64,000 bases of DNA from Bacteroidota bacterium (GTDB lineage: Bacteria > Bacteroidota > Bacteroidia > AKYH767-A > OLB10). Below, piece after piece: positions 8,782 to 18,679 of this stretch. The stretch covers positions 8,877-72,876 of the forward strand of contig JANLZB010000094.1 of assembly GCA_031366005.1 (NCBI GenBank). The letters are read 5' to 3'. A model generated the notes under the pieces. The model searched no databases, had not been told where the DNA came from, and worked only from the letters and a program-made list of their open reading frames with translations. A program made the translations under genes and the position numbers. How positions within the stretch are numbered: position 1 is the stretch's first letter; every line of letters begins with the position of its first letter.

Positions 8782-9912
8782 TTAACCACTAACAGGTAAT
8801 TTGTTTTGCCCGTGAGTATGCTCTTTGCTTCTTATAATTTTATGACGGGTGGTATAAAAAAAGAAGATGAGCAGCACAGCAAAATATCCGGCAAAAGCCC
8901 AGGTGTAAAGATGTTTCCACTCATAAAGAAAACGGTGGATCATAATGTTTAATGAAAGAGAACAAAGTGATAAAGAAATAAATACCCAGGCGACTTGCCT
9001 GTCATTTAAACCAAGATAAGCAAGGCAATGTGTGGTATGATCCTTACCTCCAATAAAAGGTGATTTTTTCTTTGCCATACGGTTGACAACAACCACTGTG
9101 GTATCCAATATCGGTAAAATAAAGGTCATCACTGCATTCGAAATTAATTTGCCTTGCGCAGGATTTCCTAAAGCATAAGGATCGTTCCAGAAATAAATAA
9201 TACCCATCGTAGCAAGAAAAGCACCTAAAAACTGACTACCAGTGTCACCCATAAACATGCTTGAAGGATGCCAGTTATAATAGAGAAATGCAAGCAGCGA
9301 TGCAAGTACACCCATCAAAGCAAGCAAATGCATATTGTTAAAATCGTGATGAAACATGATGACATAAATTGTATTGAGCACAATACCGATAGCAACTATG
9401 GTAGTGATGCCATCCATATTGTCAAGCATATTAATTGAATTCATAATGCCTACAACCCAAAAAATAGTTAGCACGTAATCAATAAGCAGATTATGCGTTA
9501 AGTTAATATATACTCCGGATGCAATTAATATAACACCACATAAAAGCTGCACTCCGAATTTTAACAGTGGACGCGTATCATAAGCATCATCAGCCAGGCC
9601 AATTAAAAATCCTGCTGCACAGGTTAAAAGCAAACCGACAAAACCGAAATGATAGAGCCGTTGTGCAGGTTCAAAAAGAATAGAATAACAAGCCATTGAA
9701 AGAAGGAAGATGATGTAAAAAGTAATTCCACCTACAGAGGGTTTGCTTAAAGAGCCCCAGCGAATTACAGTTCCATCGGGTTGATTGCGTATGCCAAGTG
9801 TTTTAAAAAACCGGAGGAACAATCCATTAATGACTATTGAAAAAATTACTGCTACAATCAGAAAAATTGCGTAGATAATTAAGCTCTTGTAGTTATTTAA
9901 TAATTCCAGCAT
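8782..9912 (-). CDS. glycosyltransferase family 4 (WecA/MraY-like) undecaprenyl-phosphate sugar-1-phosphate transferase
   Basis: Multi-pass membrane protein with the NSINMLDNMDGI motif, which corresponds to the NxxNxxDGIDGL motif of MraY/WecA. Confidence 0.7.
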   Translation of the reverse strand: MLELLNNYKSLIIYAIFLIVAVIFSIVINGLFLRFFKTLGIRNQPDGTVIRWGSLSKPSVGGITFYIIFLLSMACYSILFEPAQRLYHFGFVGLLLTCAAGFLIGLADDAYDTRPLLKFGVQLLCGVILIASGVYINLTHNLLIDYVLTIFWVVGIMNSINMLDNMDGITTIVAIGIVLNTIYVIMFHHDFNNMHLLALMGVLASLLAFLYYNWHPSSMFMGDTGSQFLGAFLATMGIIYFWNDPYALGNPAQGKLISNAVMTFILPILDTTVVVVNRMAKKKSPFIGGKDHTTHCLAYLGLNDRQVAWVFISLSLCSLSLNIMIHRFLYEWKHLYTWAFAGYFAVLLIFFFYTTRHKIIRSKEHTHGQNKLPVSG

Positions 9913-9930
9913 TTAAAATAAGCCTAATGT

Positions 9931-10485
9931 TTAATGAGCCATTTTAAACAAATTACGAGTTTGTTTTAGTAATGGTAAAAATTTGTCTTTATCAGAGATG
10001 AGTGGGTTTTCAAATCCCCAATTAATATTTATGGTTTCATCATTCCAATGTATTCCACTTTCAGATTCTTTATTATAAAGACTTGTGCATTTGTAGAGAA
10101 ATATTGTTTCGTCTTCCAAAGTTAAAAAACCATGCGCAAACCCTGGAGGTATCCACATCATTAATTTATTTGTTGAGGTTAAATCTTCAATAATATATTC
10201 ACCATAAGTGGGAGAACCAACGCGTATATCAACAGCTACATCTCTAACGGCACCTTGTATTACACGCACCAATTTTCCTTGTTCATAAGGAGGATTCTGA
10301 AAATGCAACCCACGTAAAACTCCTTTGGATGAAAGCGATTGATTATCCTGATTAAAAATTTCGTTGATACCAATGTCTTTAAAAACTTTTGAATTAAATG
10401 ACTCAAAAAAATAACCCCTTTCATCATGAAAAACATTTGGTTTTAATAACAGGGGACCCTGAATGTGATACTTTTTAATTTCCAT
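9931..10485 (-). CDS. rmlC: dTDP-4-dehydrorhamnose 3,5-epimerase
   Basis: RmlC cupin motifs VFHDERGYFFE and RGLHFQ. Length is 184 aa. Confidence 0.85.
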   Translation of the reverse strand: MEIKKYHIQGPLLLKPNVFHDERGYFFESFNSKVFKDIGINEIFNQDNQSLSSKGVLRGLHFQNPPYEQGKLVRVIQGAVRDVAVDIRVGSPTYGEYIIEDLTSTNKLMMWIPPGFAHGFLTLEDETIFLYKCTSLYNKESESGIHWNDETININWGFENPLISDKDKFLPLLKQTRNLFKMAH

Positions 10486-10492
10486 TCACAGA

Positions 10493-12919
10493 TTAACGTT
10501 TGCGCATAAATAAGCTCCTGACTTTGTCAAAAATGGTTTCGTTTTTATCTTCTTCTTCGTAATAACCATAGCCGTAACTATAACCATAGCCATAACCATA
10601 TCCATAGCTGTAACCATAGCCATATCCATATTTTAATCTTGACATCTCAACTCCATTTAAGATGATGGATAAATTTTTAACCTTATTCTCCGTCATCAGC
10701 TTATTAATTTGAGTGATAAACATTTTACGTGAATAATTAGCACGCAAAATATAAATCGGATAATCAGCTTTCTGAATTATAGGAATTCCATCACTAACAA
10801 TACCTACCGGTGGTGTATCAATAATAATGATTTCATAAATATTTCGCAGGTAATTTAAAAGTGCATCCATGTAAGGACTAATAATTAATTCAGCAGGGTT
10901 AGGAGGGATGGGGCCTGCAGTTATAAAATCAAGATTAGGTAAACCACTTTTGATAATACAATCTTCAGCCTTATCCTTTCCAATAAGCAAAGTACTTATG
11001 CCATGGTTATTCTCCACATTAAATCCTAAATGGATTTTCGGCTTGCGCATATCAAGATCGAGAATAACTACTTTTTTCCCTGAAAAGGCAATTACTCCTG
11101 CAAGATTAATAGCGTTAAAAGTTTTTCCTTCTCCTGAAATTGTAGAAGTAACAGCCATCACTTTAGATCCTGACTCAATAGAAATAAACTGAAGATTAGT
11201 ACGGATGGAACGGAACGCTTCAGAGATTACCGACTTTGGATTTTTGTCAACCAGCAACTGTGATACCGGTATTTCACGTTTATATTTTGGTACAATACCA
11301 AGCAATGCTGCATCAGTATAAAATCCTATTTCTTCAAGCGCATTAATTTCATTGTAAAGTAAATATCTTACGACAATCAATCCGAAACTAAGAAGAAACC
11401 CTAGCATTAAACAAGTAGCAATTATCAGTGACCGGTTTGGTGAAACAGGCGATGATGATTCAAATGCTTCTTCAAGTATGATATGTTGCGGCACATAGCC
11501 AGCCCTGTCAATTGAAAATTCAGCTTTCTTTTCTAACAGTAATGAATAAAATTTTTCATTGATAGAAAACAATCTCTGTAGCCTTGCAAATTCTGCCTGC
11601 TGACCAGGAATTTTTCCAAACCTTTCTTCATAACCGCTTATCCTGCTATACAATTCTTTCTTCTGTGAGGTAAGTTTATCCTGTTCGTTATCCAGTGTTC
11701 TGATCAATATCTCCTTTTGTGAATTGATCATACTGGTGAGGCTTTTATAAACCTCGCTTTCCTGTGTTGCCTGTAATGATACCTGATCACGTTGTTCAGT
11801 TAATTGCTGAAGTTTGGAAAGCTGCTGTTGTATTAAGGAGTTATCTACTTTGCCTGATAAAGTAAGTATTAAGCTTGAGATGTCAGTATTGTGGATTATC
11901 TCTTTGCGTAATTTTTCCAAGAGATTATATTCAAAATCCAAAACGTATGATTGAGTTTGCAGCTCCTGTATTTCGCGATTTACATCTGTAGCTGCAGATG
12001 TTGGATCTAAAATTTTATTGCTTTTTTTAAACTGTTCAATCTGGTTTTCAGAACTGCTGAGATCCATATTGATCTGCATAATAGTATTGTCAATAAAATC
12101 TAAAATTCTATTGGCTACTTCTGCATTTTTTTCTACATCATACTTATTGAATTCAGCCGCTATTCCATTCACAATATCTGCAGCTTTGCGCGAATTTTTA
12201 TCCCTGTATTTAATTGCAATGGTATTGGCTTCCAGGTTTAATGGTAACACATTTAATCCGTTATACACTTCACGTGTCAGCTGTGCATTAGTGGAAAGAA
12301 TAAAGTAATATACATTGTGTTTTATTTCTTTTTGAAGATTATTGATGGAGACATAATCGTTAATGTCAATTTTAAAATCAGCCATGCCAAGCCTTATCCA
12401 ATCCGCTATTTTGTAGCGTTCAACCTTTTTAACATTATTAATGTCAAAATAAGTCAGGGATAGATGACCGGCATCAGGAAAATCAATCAAGAATTTTTTT
12501 CCAAACACAATTGAATCTTTAATAATCGCTTCAACATGAAAGGGTGCTTGTTTATATAGCTCATTTTCCAAAACAGTACCTTTAGCAAAATAGCGTACCT
12601 CAAGAGGTAATTTGGCTATAGCGCGCTCTATAATTACATTAGAACGTATAAGTTCAATATCACCAGCCACTAAATTTTGATTGGCATCAAAGAGTCCTGT
12701 TTTAGAACTACCTAAAATAATATTGGCTTTGTTTTCGGTGGCGAGTTTTATTGTGGTGCTTGCCTCATACACAGGAGCTGTGTAGCGGAGAATAAGCAAA
12801 GCAATAAGAAGTGATACAGTTAAAAAAACAAAAAACCATAGTGCATTTTTGCGCGATATGGTAACAAAAAGCTTAAAATCAAAATCCTCGTTAAGAGGCG
12901 TTATCTTTTTTTTGGGCAT
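10493..12919 (-). CDS. wzc: polysaccharide co-polymerase / BY-kinase (Wzc-like tyrosine autokinase) with an extended GY-repeat tail
   Basis: N-terminal TM and Wzz domains with long coiled coils, then Walker A SGEGKT and the C-terminal tail YGYGYGYSYGYGYGYGYSYGYGYY. Confidence 0.85.
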   Translation of the reverse strand: MPKKKITPLNEDFDFKLFVTISRKNALWFFVFLTVSLLIALLILRYTAPVYEASTTIKLATENKANIILGSSKTGLFDANQNLVAGDIELIRSNVIIERAIAKLPLEVRYFAKGTVLENELYKQAPFHVEAIIKDSIVFGKKFLIDFPDAGHLSLTYFDINNVKKVERYKIADWIRLGMADFKIDINDYVSINNLQKEIKHNVYYFILSTNAQLTREVYNGLNVLPLNLEANTIAIKYRDKNSRKAADIVNGIAAEFNKYDVEKNAEVANRILDFIDNTIMQINMDLSSSENQIEQFKKSNKILDPTSAATDVNREIQELQTQSYVLDFEYNLLEKLRKEIIHNTDISSLILTLSGKVDNSLIQQQLSKLQQLTEQRDQVSLQATQESEVYKSLTSMINSQKEILIRTLDNEQDKLTSQKKELYSRISGYEERFGKIPGQQAEFARLQRLFSINEKFYSLLLEKKAEFSIDRAGYVPQHIILEEAFESSSPVSPNRSLIIATCLMLGFLLSFGLIVVRYLLYNEINALEEIGFYTDAALLGIVPKYKREIPVSQLLVDKNPKSVISEAFRSIRTNLQFISIESGSKVMAVTSTISGEGKTFNAINLAGVIAFSGKKVVILDLDMRKPKIHLGFNVENNHGISTLLIGKDKAEDCIIKSGLPNLDFITAGPIPPNPAELIISPYMDALLNYLRNIYEIIIIDTPPVGIVSDGIPIIQKADYPIYILRANYSRKMFITQINKLMTENKVKNLSIILNGVEMSRLKYGYGYGYSYGYGYGYGYSYGYGYYEEEDKNETIFDKVRSLFMRKR

Positions 12920-12926
12920 TCGATCT

Positions 12927-13718
12927 TTAAAACTTTATTGCCCCATTACCAGAAGCAATGGTATAAATAAGCAATAAGCTGGTGATAATTCCTACTATCG
13001 GAGTAATCTGTGCCAGAATCTCCTGCGAAATTCTTGGAACTGGTTCCACATAAATTATATCATTGGCCTGCAGCATCAGGTTGCTTTGTTTCATACCTTC
13101 CACAGTGCTTAAGTCAATCAACATTACCTGTGGATTGCGCGTATCTCCGCGAATTAATTTTATTTTTTTTGCTTTACCTGTAACGGTAATTCCGCCAGCT
13201 AAAGCAAGTGCTTCTATTACTGTGGTATTTTCATTCTCAATACTTATCACTCTTCCTGTTCCTCCGGCACCCGGAAAAACGAGCACTCTTCTGTTTACTA
13301 CTCTTAAAACTACAAACGGTTTGTTATAGTAAGTGGCATATTGTTGTTCCAGTAATTTTTCAGCTTCACGCACTGTAAGTCCTGAAATTTTTATCTTTCC
13401 GATGATAGGCAATTTTACCTGTCCATCAGGTTCAACCGGAAATTGAATGGCTCCGTTATAGGAATTAAAGTTAACATTGCTTGTTCCTCCACCTGAAACT
13501 GCACCAAGGTTTGTAGTAAGATCAATTAATTTAAAACCGTCATTGGTGTAAACACTGAATCCTACTATATCATTTGGTGCAATCCTGTATTCCACATTCC
13601 CTATTGTCTGATCAACAGTATAGGAGTAATCACGCGGTGTTTTAAACATTACACTGGAACTAAGATTACATGCTGAAAGCAAGAAACAAAAGCTGACAAA
13701 CAAGAGTAGTTTTTTCAT
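12927..13718 (-). CDS. wza: polysaccharide export outer-membrane lipoprotein (Wza-like, SLBB domain)
   Basis: Lipoprotein signal MKKLLLFVSFCFLLSAC and an SLBB motif …TVIEALALAGGIT. The ORF-track start at 13760 is probably an N-terminal extension. Confidence 0.75.
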   Translation of the reverse strand: MKKLLLFVSFCFLLSACNLSSSVMFKTPRDYSYTVDQTIGNVEYRIAPNDIVGFSVYTNDGFKLIDLTTNLGAVSGGGTSNVNFNSYNGAIQFPVEPDGQVKLPIIGKIKISGLTVREAEKLLEQQYATYYNKPFVVLRVVNRRVLVFPGAGGTGRVISIENENTTVIEALALAGGITVTGKAKKIKLIRGDTRNPQVMLIDLSTVEGMKQSNLMLQANDIIYVEPVPRISQEILAQITPIVGIITSLLLIYTIASGNGAIKF

Positions 13719-13778
13719 ATAATTTCGAGAGGTGTTTTTAAGCGCGTCAAAAGTAAACATTTTTTGAGATGAGAATTT

Positions 13779-14969
13779 TTAGTCTGTTAAGAGCAACTGA
13801 TGATAAAGATTTCGGGTATCATTAACCAATCGCTGATAATGAAAACGATCTTTAACAAATTTTTCTCCTGCTAATCCAAAATCATTCCGTAATTCAGAAC
13901 TCTCCACCATCTTTTTCAAATTTGCTGCAAACGATTCGATATCACCGGAAGGTGATAATAATGCAGAGTTAGCTGGATTTAGAATATCCTTTATTCCTCC
14001 TACATCGGTTGTAACAATTGGTTTCGCTCCTGCCTGTGCTTCAATTAAGCTTACCGGGGTTCCTTCGTTTAATGATGTGAGTGCAACTATATCCAGTCCT
14101 GCAATTGCCCATTCAATATTTTTTATCCAGGAAGTAAAAATTACGTTTGAATCCGATTTCAAATTATTGCTTTCACAATATTTTAATCCAAGTTCATTGC
14201 AATAATTTTCAATTCGCAATCTGTCTTCTCCATCACCAATAATTACAGCTTTTATTTTTTGTGAAGAAGAAGAAAGCACATTTTTAAACGCATTTAAAAA
14301 CAATTGATGATTTTTAACAGGAACCAGCCGTCCGATTATTCCAATCAAAATTTCAGCAGGAAGAATCTGATATTGCTCACGAAATGATTTCCTGTTTTCT
14401 TCACGATGATGATAAAAACGTTCGAGATCAAATCCAAGTGGTATCACTACAATTTTTTTTTCATCGCCCAACTTAAAATCATTTACTAATTCTCTTTTCT
14501 GTAATTCACTGATGGCAATTATGCGAGAGCTTTTTCTTGCTAAGTATTTTTCTATTGCTAAAAATATTTTTGTTTTTAAAGGACTAAAATAAGAGTGAAA
14601 AACATGGCCATGAAACGTATGAAGGATTACCGGAACCTTTGCATGAATTGCTGCCAGCCTGCCAACCGTTCCCGCTTTTGCTGCATGTGTATGAACTATG
14701 TCGGGCTTAAATTCTTTTATTATTTTTCTGATATGCTGGTAAGTTTTCCTGTCACTGCTGAAATTAATTGCTCTTCTCATTTCAGGAATGTACATTGGCT
14801 TGAGTCCCATTTGTTCAACGATAAACTCTGAACTTTCTTCCGTTTCATCCTTCATACCTGCTACCAATAATGTTTCAAATTCCGGTGCAAGGTATTTGCT
14901 CAGGTAAGCAGCATTATAGGTGGGCCCTCCTAAATTCAAACGGTTAATTATGCGAAGCACTTTTGGCAT
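13779..14969 (-). CDS. glycosyltransferase family 4 (GT-B, group 1)
   Basis: The C-terminal half carries GT1 motifs (EGTPVSLIEAQAGAKPIVTTDVGG). An A9 tract lies in the coding region at 14453-14461. Confidence 0.75.
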   Translation of the reverse strand: MPKVLRIINRLNLGGPTYNAAYLSKYLAPEFETLLVAGMKDETEESSEFIVEQMGLKPMYIPEMRRAINFSSDRKTYQHIRKIIKEFKPDIVHTHAAKAGTVGRLAAIHAKVPVILHTFHGHVFHSYFSPLKTKIFLAIEKYLARKSSRIIAISELQKRELVNDFKLGDEKKIVVIPLGFDLERFYHHREENRKSFREQYQILPAEILIGIIGRLVPVKNHQLFLNAFKNVLSSSSQKIKAVIIGDGEDRLRIENYCNELGLKYCESNNLKSDSNVIFTSWIKNIEWAIAGLDIVALTSLNEGTPVSLIEAQAGAKPIVTTDVGGIKDILNPANSALLSPSGDIESFAANLKKMVESSELRNDFGLAGEKFVKDRFHYQRLVNDTRNLYHQLLLTD

Positions 14970-15068
14970 TTGTGATTTAGGATTTCAGAATTTGGGATGT
15001 TGGGATTTACTTTTCATGAAATCATATTTTTATTTTTTTTTAATTATTAAATCCTAAATTGAAAAATC

Positions 15069-16970
15069 CTAAATCATATATTTCTTCCACCAATATTGAA
15101 AAACCACCAATCCCCATATCCGGGCATGTATCTCTCCGGGATTCTTAGAGAAGAGTTGTTGCTTAAGTTTTCTGATTTCTGTTATATTAAAAATTCCTTG
15201 CTCAATAATAAAATCATCTTGTAGCAAATCATTAGTGATCAGGTTTTTTAATTCTGTCTGAAACCAGCGAAGCAAAGGAACTTCGAAACCTTTTTTAGGA
15301 CGATTATATAATTCAACAGGCAGCAATTTTTGAAATGCATCACGAACAATTTTCTTTTGCGATGTTGCATCAATCTTATAAGATGCTGGTAATGAAAAAG
15401 CGAAATCAACTACTTTGAAATCCAAAAAAGGATTCCTTACTTCCAGACTATTTGCCATTGACATCTGGTCAACTTTCACAAGCATATCTCCAACCAAAAC
15501 CAATTGCATATCGGTTAATAAAACTTCGTTGAAATCACTGTCATCAAAAATATGTTGCAATATATTTTTCTTTCTGGAATGATATTCCTCATCGCCATCT
15601 AACCATTTTTCTTTAAACAAAAGCTTAGCTTCGTTCTCATTCACAAAACTGCACCATCTCCAGTAACGTTCTTTCGCATTTAATTTACTTCCTTCTGCAA
15701 ACCGGTGTATCTGCCTAACACGGTTTGAAATCTTAGAACTTCGTGAACCTTCAAACAAGGAAATAACTGGCGAAGTAGCTGTCAACATAGCGCGCTGAAG
15801 TTTTTTGTTACGCACTATCCACTCAGCTTTATGTTTATTATAACCTGCAAAAAGTTCATCTGCTCCATCGCCACTCAGTGCCACGGTTACATGTTTGCGT
15901 GTTTGCTTACTTAAAAGGTTTACTGCAAGTGCTGATGAATCAGCAAATGGTTCGTCAAGATAATCCAGAGATGTAAACAAACTTTCATAAAGATCATTGG
16001 TTGAAAGTTTAAAAACAGTATGATTGGTTTTATACTTTTTTGCTACTAACTCTGCAAATTCCGTTTCATCAAAAGTCGGTTCATCTTTAAATCCAATTGA
16101 AAAAGTATTCAGTTGCTTTACATGCCTGGATGCAAGGGCAACAATTACAGAGGAATCAACTCCACCACTGAGAAAAGCCCCAACGGGAACATCAGCAATC
16201 AATCTTCGTTGCACAGCCTGATCCATTAAATGAACAAGTTGCTTTTGGCTTTCCTTGTAATTTTCAGCATGTAAATTTTCTTCTGACTTGTAAGGTATAT
16301 TGTACCAGGTTTTTTTCTGAATGGATTTATTTTTTAAATCAATTAAAAGATAGCTGCCAGGTTGAAGCTTGTCTACATTTTTAAAAATGCTGTTTGGAGA
16401 TGGGATGTAATTAAGCTGGAAATAACTGAACAAAGAAGTTTTATCCAACTCACGTGGAATACCCATGGTCATAAGTGCTTTCATTTCAGAAGCAAAGAAA
16501 AATTTATCTGTATCATGATAATATAATAATGGCTTAACCCCAACTCTGTCACGCGCTATAAATAAAGTTTGTTCTTCTTCATCATATATAGCCAATGCAA
16601 AAAAACCATTCACATGTTCGAGACACTTTTGTCCATTGCGTATATAAAGCTGAAGTAACACTTCGGTATCGCTATGTGTTCGGAATGAAATGCCTGACTG
16701 CGATAGATTTTCGCGATGCTCTGTATAATTAAAAAACTCTCCATTAAAAATAATAGTGTAACGACCTGACGCATCATGCATTGGCTGCGAAGCACCCTTG
16801 CTCGTATCTATAACCGAAAGTCTTCGATGTCCTAAAGCTACCTGTTGATGAATATAAATACCGCCATCATCAGGTCCGCGCAGTTGCAGACAACGTGTTG
16901 CTGATTCAATTTTATTTAAAAAAGAATTTCCTTTTTCTGAAAATGCTGCAATGCCAGCTATGCCACACAT
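15069..16970 (-). CDS. asnB: asparagine synthase (glutamine-hydrolysing)
   Basis: N-terminal MCGIAG Ntn-amidotransferase Cys and the SGGVDSS PP-loop. Length is 633 aa. Confidence 0.9.
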   Translation of the reverse strand: MCGIAGIAAFSEKGNSFLNKIESATRCLQLRGPDDGGIYIHQQVALGHRRLSVIDTSKGASQPMHDASGRYTIIFNGEFFNYTEHRENLSQSGISFRTHSDTEVLLQLYIRNGQKCLEHVNGFFALAIYDEEEQTLFIARDRVGVKPLLYYHDTDKFFFASEMKALMTMGIPRELDKTSLFSYFQLNYIPSPNSIFKNVDKLQPGSYLLIDLKNKSIQKKTWYNIPYKSEENLHAENYKESQKQLVHLMDQAVQRRLIADVPVGAFLSGGVDSSVIVALASRHVKQLNTFSIGFKDEPTFDETEFAELVAKKYKTNHTVFKLSTNDLYESLFTSLDYLDEPFADSSALAVNLLSKQTRKHVTVALSGDGADELFAGYNKHKAEWIVRNKKLQRAMLTATSPVISLFEGSRSSKISNRVRQIHRFAEGSKLNAKERYWRWCSFVNENEAKLLFKEKWLDGDEEYHSRKKNILQHIFDDSDFNEVLLTDMQLVLVGDMLVKVDQMSMANSLEVRNPFLDFKVVDFAFSLPASYKIDATSQKKIVRDAFQKLLPVELYNRPKKGFEVPLLRWFQTELKNLITNDLLQDDFIIEQGIFNITEIRKLKQQLFSKNPGEIHARIWGLVVFQYWWKKYMI

Positions 16971-17255
16971 GCCCCAAAAATATGCAATTGAAAATGGATG
17001 CAGTTGGGAGCATCAATTTAAAACTGACATGCTTATTTAATAAAAATAAATCCGCTTAAAAAAAATCTGCGTTTCGCCAAAAAAAACCTGAAACATTAAT
17101 TGATATAAAGAATCTGTTCCTGATGGAGTAACAGCATTTACACTTGATATTGACTGCTCCAGATACAGAGCATGACAGACTTCAAGCAAAGACTTACATT
17201 TAAAATTAAAACTGAAGTAAGTAAAGTAAACGATCTTTATCAGGAAAGAGAATAA

Positions 17256-18077
17256 TTAAAAAGTATATTCAAAAACATTTCCTTTTCTGTTCATAAAATG
17301 TTTGATGTTAACACAAAGTACTGGTATCTGTAATTCGTTGGCTACAAGTTTTTGTTCATCAACACCCATAATATAATCAGTAATATTTGTTTCAGGATCA
17401 ATGGTGGTAACAAGCAAATCAGCATTAACCGTTTTGGCATGTTGCAACACTTCTTTGTATTTAGAAGTAGAATACGTTCCGGTTTCAACAAAAGAAATAT
17501 TATTATCTCTTAAAAAAGCTTTGAAATACTGAAGGTTATTATCAATCTTGTTTTGAATAAAATTATCTTTTGCTTCCTGGGCAACAAGATAAAAAGCAGC
17601 ATTGAATTTTTCATTTAATGTTTGTAACAGAGGAAGCATTTGTTTTACCTCGCGGGTAAAATCAACAGGAACGAGAATTTTTTTAACAGGCGCATAAGGT
17701 TTTTGCTGCACCACAATATAGGGTGTTTCAGAATTGGTGATAACCTTCATTGCACGACTGCCAATAATACGTTGCATGCCTGTAATGCCATGTGTACCCA
17801 TCACAATCAAGCCTGCTTCCACCTCTGCAGCAGTACTGCCTATCTCATCAAAAATATTTCCAGGCTTTACAAGTGTTTCTAAAGAAGCGCTTGTTTGTGC
17901 TTTATATTTTTGTAAAAGAAGATTAAGCTTCTCATTAGCTTCGTTAAAATTTTTATCAGATGCAATTACATGAAATACAATAATGTTATTTACTCCAAGT
18001 ACATCCGTTAAACCGATTGCATATTTCATGGCATTTTCAGTGACAGGAGTAAAATCAATAGGAACAAGAATTTTCAT
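17256..18077 (-). CDS. universal stress protein (tandem UspA domains)
   Basis: Two repeats of the MKILVPIDF…G.HG motif pattern. Confidence 0.75.
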   Translation of the reverse strand: MKILVPIDFTPVTENAMKYAIGLTDVLGVNNIIVFHVIASDKNFNEANEKLNLLLQKYKAQTSASLETLVKPGNIFDEIGSTAAEVEAGLIVMGTHGITGMQRIIGSRAMKVITNSETPYIVVQQKPYAPVKKILVPVDFTREVKQMLPLLQTLNEKFNAAFYLVAQEAKDNFIQNKIDNNLQYFKAFLRDNNISFVETGTYSTSKYKEVLQHAKTVNADLLVTTIDPETNITDYIMGVDEQKLVANELQIPVLCVNIKHFMNRKGNVFEYTF

Positions 18078-18222
18078 AGATTGATAAATGAGTTTGCAAA
18101 GATTATAAAATAATTCATTTTTAGCTAAATGATTTGATCATGCATAGTGATAATTCAAATATTAATAAGACAAAGTGAGTTGTAAAAAAGGTCAATAAAA
18201 AGTTGGGGTATTAATGCTCTTT

Positions 18223-18588
18223 CTAAGCAGCAATTGCAAGATATTTTTTTACGGCACCTCTCAATTGATCAAGTGTAAATGGTTTGCTCAGCCATTCATC
18301 AGCAGGAACTTTTTCTGATAATGTTTCCCGATGTTCTACTAATCCGGTTACAACTATTACAGGTATATGTTTTGTGATCGGGTTGTTTTTAATAAACTGA
18401 ACAAATGCAAATCCATCCGGTTCAGGCAGGTAAAGATCAGTGATAACGAGGCTTAGATTTTCTGAAGCCAGAAATTGTTTTGCATCGTTTACATTATCTG
18501 CTTTTAATACTTCAATTCCAATATTCTCAAGCACAGTGGACATTGCTTCAAGCATGAAATGTTCATCTTCAACAATTAAGATTTTCAT
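18223..18588 (-). CDS. response regulator, receiver domain only
   Basis: CheY-like sequence MKILIVEDE…D…K, 121 aa. Confidence 0.75.
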   Translation of the reverse strand: MKILIVEDEHFMLEAMSTVLENIGIEVLKADNVNDAKQFLASENLSLVITDLYLPEPDGFAFVQFIKNNPITKHIPVIVVTGLVEHRETLSEKVPADEWLSKPFTLDQLRGAVKKYLAIAA

Positions 18589-18679
18589 ATTGTGTTATTA
18601 AATTTCAGATCAAACATACTTAATTTTTTATTTTTTTTAAACATATACTTACATTTTTTCAGTTAATTTTATAATTCAT

